A stretch of 64,000 nucleotides of DNA, taken from the NCBI GenBank assembly GCA_965277805.1, contig OZ255842.1:4256001-4320000 (forward strand), written 5' to 3'. A program made the position numbers and the translations under genes. Origin of the DNA: Candidatus Lustribacter sp. GTDB lineage: Bacteria > Vulcanimicrobiota > Vulcanimicrobiia > Vulcanimicrobiales > Vulcanimicrobiaceae. Positions 57,192 to 64,000 of the stretch are shown here, piece after piece; positions within the stretch are counted from its first letter, which is position 1; every line of letters starts with the position of its first letter. Below the pieces are notes generated by a model. That model had not been told where the DNA came from and ran no database searches. It worked only from the letters and a program-made list of their open reading frames with translations.

Positions 57192-59741
57192 ATGCAGCGC
57201 CGAAGCGTCGCCGCCGTTGCTCTCGCGTGCATCGCTCTGACGGTGCTGCCGGCGCGCGGCGCGGCGACACCGCTGGCCGACGTGCCGTCGAGTCACTGGG
57301 CATATGCCGCGATCCAGACGCTCGCGGCCGACGGCCTGATCGACGGCTATCCGGACGGTTCGTTCAAGGGCGACCGCCCGCTGACGCGCTACGAGATGGC
57401 GGCGATCGTGGCGCGTGTGATCGCGAAGATCGAGGCCGGCGGCGCGTCGACCGCATCGAAGACCGACCTCGACGCGCTGCAGAAACTGATCGATGCGCTC
57501 AAGGATGAGCTCGACGCGCTGGGCGTGCGCGTGACGACGCTGGAAGACGCGGTGAGTTCGCTCGATCGCCGGACGCGCGTCGCGCAGTCGCTTGCGGTGC
57601 ACGGCACGATCCTCGGCAACGGTTCGATGAGCCAGTTTCCGGTGCTGCCGCTCAACGTGGCCGGCGGCGGGATCGACCGGTTCGTCAACGCCTACGCGAG
57701 CGCGCCCGACGACAACAACCCGCTCGAAGCGCTGAACGGTCCCCAGACGATCCTGCGCTCCGATGCCCGTTTCGATTTCATCTACACCGTCGACGACAAC
57801 CTGACGGTGTCGGTGCCCGTGCACGTGATCGATTACGGTTCGGGTTCGTCGTATGCGCAGCAGTTCGCGATCTCGCCCGACGTGGTCGTGAGCGTCGCGC
57901 AAGCCGGCGCGTTCACGAATCTCACGCTGCGCGAAGCACAACTCGACAACCTCGACTCCTCACGCTTGGGTCTTGCTTACCGCGCGCCCGATGCGGCCCA
58001 GCAGAACGCGTACGCCGATCCGACGCAGGCGTTTCCGCGCGGCTTCGAGATCGGCGGAATTCTCAATGGGCTGACGACGTTTCAGCTGTCGTTCTCGCGC
58101 GTCGATGCAACGTTGATCAACACGCAGAATTATCTGCCGGCGCAATCCGGCAACGGGTTCGCCAACAACTACTTGGCGCCGGTGGTGCCGCCGCAGGGCG
58201 GGCTCGTTCAAACCGGGTCGGCGGCGACGGTCGATTCGTTCACGGCCGGTGCCGGCGGCCTTGCCGCGGTGTACTTGAGTAAGAAGGCCGTGGCGGGCAC
58301 GGTCGTCATCACCTCGTATGCGGTGCCCGGCGGCGTCGCCGCAACGCCGGCGTTCGCGTACATCGACGGCTCGAACGAAGTCGTGTTCGCGATGCCGCTG
58401 CCGGCCGGCGCGCACATCTCGATCGGCTATCTCGGACTCGGTTACACGAACAACGCGATCCCGCAGCGCTATCAGGCCGGCTTGCGCATCAACCAGCAAT
58501 TCGCCGGTTTGCCCGGCGCCGAGGTCGGCCTGACGCTGCATCGCCTGTGGGATGAAGACCTCGGCCAGGCCGGCTCGCCTGCCGGCGTCGATCTCGGCGT
58601 CAACGCGTTGCCGGACGGCGACTTCGGCGAAGTGAGCGACTCGGTGTTCGGCCTCGATTTCCAAGCGCCGCTGGCGCGCGGAACGTATCTGTTCGGTGAA
58701 GTCTCGGCCAGCCGCTGGACGCCCGATCAGCAGTTCGTGGCCGAAACCGGCGCGTATGCGGCCGTCGGCGGTGTGAAGCTGAAGCTCGCGCAGGCGAGCG
58801 TGACGCTGCAGTACCAATCGATCGGCGCGAACTACCTCGACGGCGCGCCGCTGCGCTTCTTCGGCAACGCGCCGCCCACGTGGGCGAATTACCAAGGCGA
58901 TTTCTTTCCGCAGTTCTTCGGATTCGCCAACACGCTCGCCGTCAACCAAGCCTTCGACAACGCGATCAACGCCGGCGCGCCCGGGCGCTCGGCGACGGCG
59001 TCGAACCCCGCCCTGACGTTCATCTATCCGGTGTTCAACCCGTTCGTCGCGAGCGGCCCGGATTTTTACAGCGCGTTCGCGCCCAATACGCAAGGCCCGT
59101 CACTGACCGTGCAGTTGCCGATGCGCGTCGCGGGCCGCGCGATCGACGGCCGGCTGTTCGCCGAGCACCTCACCGAATTGCAGGCGAACGCCAACGCGAC
59201 CAGCACCTTCGGTCCGCAAGTTCCGACTGCCGTGCGCGCAACCTTCGATAAGCTCGATGCGGGCGCGACGTTCGGCGTGGGTGCGGCATCGGTCAATCTC
59301 TCGGGCACGCTCGAACATCTCCGCCGCAACGACACGACCGCCCTCACCTACATTCCGTACAATCCGGTAACCGCGACGTACGATCCGGGCGCGCTCGCAG
59401 CCTATCAGGCGGCCGGCGGCGCGCGCGCGGTGTACTATCCCAACTACGTCAGCCTCTACCACACGCTGCTGGCGGCCGGATTGACTCTGCCGGTGACGCG
59501 CGACCTCGCGCTCAACACGCGCTACAGCGATCAGCGCTACTTCGGCGCGTACGGCACGACGCTCTCGCAGAATATCGGCGGAATCAAGGATCAGATCGAC
59601 TTCGGCCTCACCTACACGGTGCCGAAGACGTCGAGTTCCGTCGGCTTGACCTTCCGTAACTCGACGTACAAAGACGCTGCGCTCTCGAGCTACAATCTTT
59701 CCGCGAACGGTGAGGACGTGAACTTCACGATTCGCTTTTGA
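57192..59741 (+). CDS. SLH-domain outer-membrane beta-barrel protein (OmpM/SlpA-like tether)
   Basis: Signal peptide; DVPSSHWAY...GLIDGYPDGSFKGDRPLTRYEMA (SLH); coiled coil ELDALGVRVTTLE; beta-rich remainder ending in Phe. Confidence 0.85.
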   Translation: MQRRSVAAVALACIALTVLPARGAATPLADVPSSHWAYAAIQTLAADGLIDGYPDGSFKGDRPLTRYEMAAIVARVIAKIEAGGASTASKTDLDALQKLIDALKDELDALGVRVTTLEDAVSSLDRRTRVAQSLAVHGTILGNGSMSQFPVLPLNVAGGGIDRFVNAYASAPDDNNPLEALNGPQTILRSDARFDFIYTVDDNLTVSVPVHVIDYGSGSSYAQQFAISPDVVVSVAQAGAFTNLTLREAQLDNLDSSRLGLAYRAPDAAQQNAYADPTQAFPRGFEIGGILNGLTTFQLSFSRVDATLINTQNYLPAQSGNGFANNYLAPVVPPQGGLVQTGSAATVDSFTAGAGGLAAVYLSKKAVAGTVVITSYAVPGGVAATPAFAYIDGSNEVVFAMPLPAGAHISIGYLGLGYTNNAIPQRYQAGLRINQQFAGLPGAEVGLTLHRLWDEDLGQAGSPAGVDLGVNALPDGDFGEVSDSVFGLDFQAPLARGTYLFGEVSASRWTPDQQFVAETGAYAAVGGVKLKLAQASVTLQYQSIGANYLDGAPLRFFGNAPPTWANYQGDFFPQFFGFANTLAVNQAFDNAINAGAPGRSATASNPALTFIYPVFNPFVASGPDFYSAFAPNTQGPSLTVQLPMRVAGRAIDGRLFAEHLTELQANANATSTFGPQVPTAVRATFDKLDAGATFGVGAASVNLSGTLEHLRRNDTTALTYIPYNPVTATYDPGALAAYQAAGGARAVYYPNYVSLYHTLLAAGLTLPVTRDLALNTRYSDQRYFGAYGTTLSQNIGGIKDQIDFGLTYTVPKTSSSVGLTFRNSTYKDAALSSYNLSANGEDVNFTIRF

Positions 59742-60625
59742 GCGGCGCCCGCGGATCGCTGCTCGGGTTGACGGCGGCGCTGATCGTGGTGCTCGCGGCG
59801 CTCGCGCAGCTGAGTGGGGATGCCCTCTACGGCGGGATCGCGCTGCGGGGATCGGTGCCGCACGCGCTGGCCGGCGACTGGCCGTTCGCGCTCGCGGCGA
59901 ACAGCGGGCTCGACCGTATCCCCGGCGTGCGCCTGGCGCTCGCGCGCGGCGCGATCGTGCGCGACGAACCCGAGCGCGCCACGGCACTGCTGGCGAGCTT
60001 GCCCGATAGCGCCGACGTGATCGATCTGCGCGGCCGCGCTGCGCTCTTGGTGAACGACAAGCAGACGGCATTGCGCGATTTTGCCGCGTCGGGCGACTTT
60101 ATTGCCGCGCAGGCCGCGATCGACGCGCTCGGCACGGAAGATCCGCGCGCGGCGCTGGCCCTGGTGCGCGATTTCGAGCAGCGGCTGGCCCAAAACGATG
60201 CGAGCCCCGAGATCAGCGCCGAGGTCGATTTTCGCGAGGGCGAGATCGCGACCGCCGCCTATTGGCGTTATCCGGCGCAGCGCGATTACTACGCGCGGGT
60301 GTCGCTCGATGCGTTCGCCCGGGCGCTCGAGCGCGCGCCGAACGAAGAGAAGTACCTGCTGAATTATGCCGGTGCCGCGATGCGTACCGGCGACGTCGAG
60401 GCCGCGAAGCGCACGTTTCTGCGGGCGTCGGAAGTCGTTCCCGACAGCGTCGATGCGTTCACCGGGATCGCGAGCAGTTCGGCCGCGCTCGGCAATTGCG
60501 CGGCCACGCGCACGGCGTTTGCGCAAGCGCAGCGCTTTGCCGCCGGGCAGCACCGCACGGTCGACGTCGTCGGCAAAGGCTATCCGGCGGAGATTCGCGC
60601 GGCGATCGCGCGCTGCAACGGGTGA
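59738..60625 (+). CDS. Membrane-anchored TPR-like protein
   Basis: N-terminal TM; helical repeats FARALERAP, FLRASEVVPDS; 4-nt overlaps with both neighbours. Confidence 0.7.
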   Translation: MSGARGSLLGLTAALIVVLAALAQLSGDALYGGIALRGSVPHALAGDWPFALAANSGLDRIPGVRLALARGAIVRDEPERATALLASLPDSADVIDLRGRAALLVNDKQTALRDFAASGDFIAAQAAIDALGTEDPRAALALVRDFEQRLAQNDASPEISAEVDFREGEIATAAYWRYPAQRDYYARVSLDAFARALERAPNEEKYLLNYAGAAMRTGDVEAAKRTFLRASEVVPDSVDAFTGIASSSAALGNCAATRTAFAQAQRFAAGQHRTVDVVGKGYPAEIRAAIARCNG

Positions 60626-61644
60626 GGATCGCCCTCGACGCGCAGCTCGCCGTGGGCACGGCGACGGGCATCGGGGTGTATCAGCGCGATCTCGCGCGCG
60701 CGCTCGCCGCGGCCGGCACCGACGTGCGCGCGCTGCAGTTTTCCGCGCTGGATCCGTGGCGCTTCGACCGGCGCGTGCTGTGGGACCAAGTGCTGTTGCC
60801 GGTGTTCGCGGCCCGGAGCGGTGCGCAGTTGCTGCACGCCGCTTCCGGTACGATGCCGGCGGCGCGCACGCTGCCGGTGGTCGTGACCGTGCACGACATG
60901 GCGTGGCTGCGGGTTCAGGCGCACACGCGTGCCTACGCGCGCGCGTACTTCGGCGGCCTGATGAAACGGCTCTATCGCGGTGCGGCGGCCGTGATCACGG
61001 ATTCAGCCTTCGCGCGCGATGAGTTTCTCGCGCTGGCGGGCGCGCGCAGCGACGTGCACGTGGTGTATCCCGGCGTCGACGCGCGTTTCGCCGCGATCGT
61101 GCGGCAGCCGCAAGCGCGGCCGCTGGCCTTCGTGGTCGGCACGGTCGAACGCCGCAAGAACTTGCTGCGCGCGATCGAGACGCTCGCGGCCGTGCCCGAT
61201 CTCGATCTCGTTGCCGTCGGGCCGCCCACCCCGTACCTCGATGAAGTGCGGGCGCGCATCAGCGCGCTTGGTCTCGGCGACCGCGTGACCATACGCGGCT
61301 ACATTGATCGCGCCGACCTCGACGCGTTGTATGCGAGCGCAACGCTGGCGCTGGTGCCCTCGCGCTACGAAGGCTTCGGTTACGGCTTAGCCGAGGCGCT
61401 GTGCGCGGGACTGCCGGTCATCGCCGCGCGTTCGTCGTCGCTCGTCGAAGTAGCCGGCAGCGATGCGACGCTGATCGATCCCGACGATGCCGCCGGCTGG
61501 GTCGACGCGGTGCGCGCGCTGCTCGCCGATCGGGACGCTGCCGAAGCACGCGCCGCAGCCGCGCGTGCGCGCGCCGTCGTGCGCTTCAACTGGCCGCTCG
61601 CCGCCGCCGCCTGCACGACGATCTACAAACGGATCCTTCATTAG
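60622..61644 (+). CDS. Glycosyltransferase family 4 (GT-B)
   Basis: MRIALDA...TGIGVY, VVTVHD, VGTVERRKN, PSRYEGFG--LAEA-CAGLPVI. Confidence 0.92.
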   Translation: MRIALDAQLAVGTATGIGVYQRDLARALAAAGTDVRALQFSALDPWRFDRRVLWDQVLLPVFAARSGAQLLHAASGTMPAARTLPVVVTVHDMAWLRVQAHTRAYARAYFGGLMKRLYRGAAAVITDSAFARDEFLALAGARSDVHVVYPGVDARFAAIVRQPQARPLAFVVGTVERRKNLLRAIETLAAVPDLDLVAVGPPTPYLDEVRARISALGLGDRVTIRGYIDRADLDALYASATLALVPSRYEGFGYGLAEALCAGLPVIAARSSSLVEVAGSDATLIDPDDAAGWVDAVRALLADRDAAEARAAAARARAVVRFNWPLAAAACTTIYKRILH

Positions 61645-61647
61645 GCG

Positions 61648-61695
61648 GCGGCTTGGGCGAAGCCCAAACGCAACGGATTCGACGACGTCGAATCC
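61648..61695 (-). repeat. Double-hairpin REP-like element, family A, copy 3, between convergent genes
   Basis: Minus strand: GGATTCGAC-GTC-GTCGAATCC GTTGCGTTTGGGC-TTC-GCCCAAGCCGC. Confidence 0.75.
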
Positions 61696-63452
61696 TAGTA
61701 CACCGGCGAGCCGGGTGCGCCGGGTGCGACGCTGCCGTCGTCTTGGGCGAACACCAAGCGCAACGGATACGATGACCCGCCCTCGGGCATCGTGGTGATG
61801 CGCAAGCTGCGATAGGTGCCGGGCGCGATCGTCTCTTGCCAGATCTTGTAGCGTGAGTAGGCCGTGAGGCGGTGCGCTTGCACGATCGTGTCGTCGATGA
61901 TGAACGTGCCGGTGGCATCGCCGCCGCGCGGATTCGCGTAGAGCGCGATCGCTTGTCCGAAGCGCGAGGTGTTGACGATCACCACGCGCACGGATTGCAT
62001 CACGCCGTAGTCGCCCGAGAGCGCTTCGCCCTCGCGCAGGTTCGGCAGCGGCAGCTGACCGATCGGGATCTCGAGCGGCGGCGAATCGGTGAAGAACGTG
62101 TAGTCGGAGAAGAATTCGGGCACCGGATACTGGCCGCGCGCATGCGGCGCGCCGCCGGCGAGCAGGTTCGCCGCATCGGCCGATTGATCCAGCGGCGCAT
62201 CGGCGTGTTGCGCGACGACCGCGATGTTCAGCGGATCGCCGCTCAGCTCGCGTAACTGCATGATGCCGTTGACGATCGCATTCGGCGGCAGGTTGTGGTT
62301 GACGATGTTGACGGTGGCCCCGGGCGGGATCGTGACGATCGTGCCTTCGTTGCTGCGCGCACGCACCAGGAACGAGCGCGTCGCGTTGTGCCCGACTTCC
62401 ATCTCGTTCGCTCCGGGACCGGCCAGCGCCGCGATCACGTGCAGCACGGCGGGCGTCGCCGCCTTGTTCGTCGCCTTGACCAGGATGCGGCGCGCGGGTT
62501 CGGTGCCCGGATTGAAGTGGTAGTACAAGAAGCGCTGCGATGCGGTGCGGTCGATCGTGGCGGTGAACAGCACGCCGTCGGCGGTCAGCCGTTCGGGATA
62601 GTCGCTCACCAGCAGCTGGCTCGGTGCGACTCGCGGCAGCGCATCGTTCTCGATCGCAACGTGCGTGGTGCCGTTCGCGGTGATGTACGCATCGCCGAGA
62701 ATCTGGATCGGCACGTCGACCGAGATGTGGTTGTCGGTCGGCAGCGGCGCGTGGACGGCGACGGCGTCGGCCGGCACGTAGATGCGGGCGCCGGGGCGCA
62801 GCGTCGCGGCGGCTTCGGCGGCTTCGATCGCGGTGCTGCGCAAGAACTCCACCGACGCCGGATTGCCGGTGACGTGCAGCGGCAGCGCGCCCACGATCGT
62901 GCCCGCGTCGTAGGCGACGCGCACCGCGACGTCGCGCGTCAGCCCGCGGCTGTCGCCGACGGTGACGATCGTATTGCCGACGGCGACGCCGGTGATGGCG
63001 AGCGTGCGCGCGGTTTGGTCGACGGTCACGGTAGCGATCGCAGGATCGGCGGCGACGGCGGTGATCGTACCGGCCGCGCTGTTCACGCGGGCGAGGATCG
63101 TGCGTCCCGGTTCGATTGCCGGCGTCGCGGGCGTGACCACGATCGGCGGCGGGGTCGGCGTGGGCGAGGGGCTCGGGCCTTCGGACGGTGCGGTTTCCCC
63201 GGGCGCGGGTGACGGCGAGACTTCCGGCGAGGCTCCGGGCGATGCCTCAGCCGCCGGCGAGGTCTCGGCGCTGGGCGAGCTCTCCGCGGCCGGCGACGGG
63301 GTCGCAAGGGGACCCGCGTCCGTGGTGGGGATCGCCGGGTTGACCGGGCCGGATGGCGCCGGCACGGGCGGGTTGATCTGAGCGCCCACCGTTCGGGCGA
63401 GCACGACGACCAGGAACCCAATCACAGCGATAGCCGTGAACGCGCGACGCAA
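61695..63452 (-). CDS. Secreted hypothetical protein with a Pro/Ser/Ala-rich linker and beta-sandwich domains
   Basis: TTG start 6 nt after GGAGG; signal peptide; SPAAE/SPSP linker; Ig-like segment; globular region with SDYPE and GDYGV. Confidence 0.75.
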   Translation of the reverse strand: MRRAFTAIAVIGFLVVVLARTVGAQINPPVPAPSGPVNPAIPTTDAGPLATPSPAAESSPSAETSPAAEASPGASPEVSPSPAPGETAPSEGPSPSPTPTPPPIVVTPATPAIEPGRTILARVNSAAGTITAVAADPAIATVTVDQTARTLAITGVAVGNTIVTVGDSRGLTRDVAVRVAYDAGTIVGALPLHVTGNPASVEFLRSTAIEAAEAAATLRPGARIYVPADAVAVHAPLPTDNHISVDVPIQILGDAYITANGTTHVAIENDALPRVAPSQLLVSDYPERLTADGVLFTATIDRTASQRFLYYHFNPGTEPARRILVKATNKAATPAVLHVIAALAGPGANEMEVGHNATRSFLVRARSNEGTIVTIPPGATVNIVNHNLPPNAIVNGIMQLRELSGDPLNIAVVAQHADAPLDQSADAANLLAGGAPHARGQYPVPEFFSDYTFFTDSPPLEIPIGQLPLPNLREGEALSGDYGVMQSVRVVIVNTSRFGQAIALYANPRGGDATGTFIIDDTIVQAHRLTAYSRYKIWQETIAPGTYRSLRITTMPEGGSSYPLRLVFAQDDGSVAPGAPGSPVY

Positions 63453-63490
63453 TACGAACCTCCGCGGCATATTCGTCCGCCGCGGCGCGA

Positions 63491-64000
63491 TTAAGCGATC
63501 TTCATCTCGCGCGAGACGGCCGAAGCCAGCAACGTCTTGTACCCGACAGCCGGGAATAAAACGGTTACGAGGTCCTTCTCGGCGCGTTCGACCGTGCCTT
63601 GCCCGAATTTTGTATGATAGACGACATCGGCGATGCCGTAGCCGGAGAGCGCATGGTCGCGTCGGCCCTGCAAACAGTTCTCGCACGCGCCGCACGAGTC
63701 GGCGGTGAAGTTCTCACCGAAGTAGTTCAGGATGAAGCGCCGGCGGCATGACGTCGTCTCCGCATATTGCAGCATCATCGCGAGCTTGGATTGATCGTAG
63801 CGCTTCTTGGTCTCGTAGTTGGCGAGATCGAGCACCGCTTCTACGCTCGCATGCTTGGCCAAGATGTACTTCGCCCGCGACGAGGCTTCGATGAAGCCGG
63901 CTTTCTTGAGCAGTGCGAGGACGACTTTGAGCTTGGTCAGCGGCAACTGCGTGATCTTGCGCAAGTCGGTGAGCGAGACGCCGCCCTCTTGAGTGCCGAA
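63491..64000 (-). CDS. RecQ-family helicase, C-terminal part (5' end outside window)
   Basis: MLQYAE--SCRRRFILNYFGE...CGACENC (RecQ Zn-binding), then VYHTKFGQGTV...VTVLF; frame open to the window edge. Confidence 0.85.
   Translation of the reverse strand, partial: FGTQEGGVSLTDLRKITQLPLTKLKVVLALLKKAGFIEASSRAKYILAKHASVEAVLDLANYETKKRYDQSKLAMMLQYAETTSCRRRFILNYFGENFTADSCGACENCLQGRRDHALSGYGIADVVYHTKFGQGTVERAEKDLVTVLFPAVGYKTLLASAVSREMKIA

Noticed and set aside
63140-63360. Repetitive GC-rich tract as a tandem repeat or CRISPR array
   Set aside because: Encodes a Pro/Ser/Ala linker; no fixed repeat-spacer period.

Overview
High-GC bacterial chromosome segment spanning the replication origin. Gene content points to a diderm Terrabacteria lineage (SLH-tethered porin, cyanobacteria/Negativicutes-style outer-membrane cluster, L27 with a Firmicutes-type N-terminal extension); Vulcanimicrobiota/Eremiobacterota is plausible but is an inference. 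Left to right: partial P450, rpmA-obgE-nadD-lysA, maf-mreBCD-mrdA, an aminotransferase, then the minus-strand origin operon rpmH-rnpA-yidD-yidC-jag-mnmE // mnmG-rsmG // cca-parA-parB-hyp-thiE-thiD-trpS. This operon carries two parS-like palindromes and is split by a ~6 kb islet (solute-binding protein, Rieske oxygenase, PdxA/TphB-like dehydrogenase, bfd, bfr, multicopper oxidase-ZIP transporter fusion). Next come oriC with dnaA-dnaN-recF-DUF721-gyrB, a ~26 kb envelope cluster (TamB, BamA, three Skp/OmpH-like genes, lpxD-lpxC-fabZ-lpxA-lpxB, metallophosphoesterase, LpxB-like, O-antigen ligase-like, lptC-lptB-lptF/G, DUF3084, YqgF-like, SLH porin, TPR, GT4), a secreted protein and the end of a RecQ-like helicase. 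Best novelty candidates: the oxidase-ZIP fusion beside bfr/bfd, a possible LpxH substitute after lpxB, lpxC lacking a canonical start codon, MreB with Gln at the catalytic Glu, a CTAG/codon anomaly centred on parS, and a double-hairpin REP-like repeat. All calls come from motif reading by eye; no searches were run.
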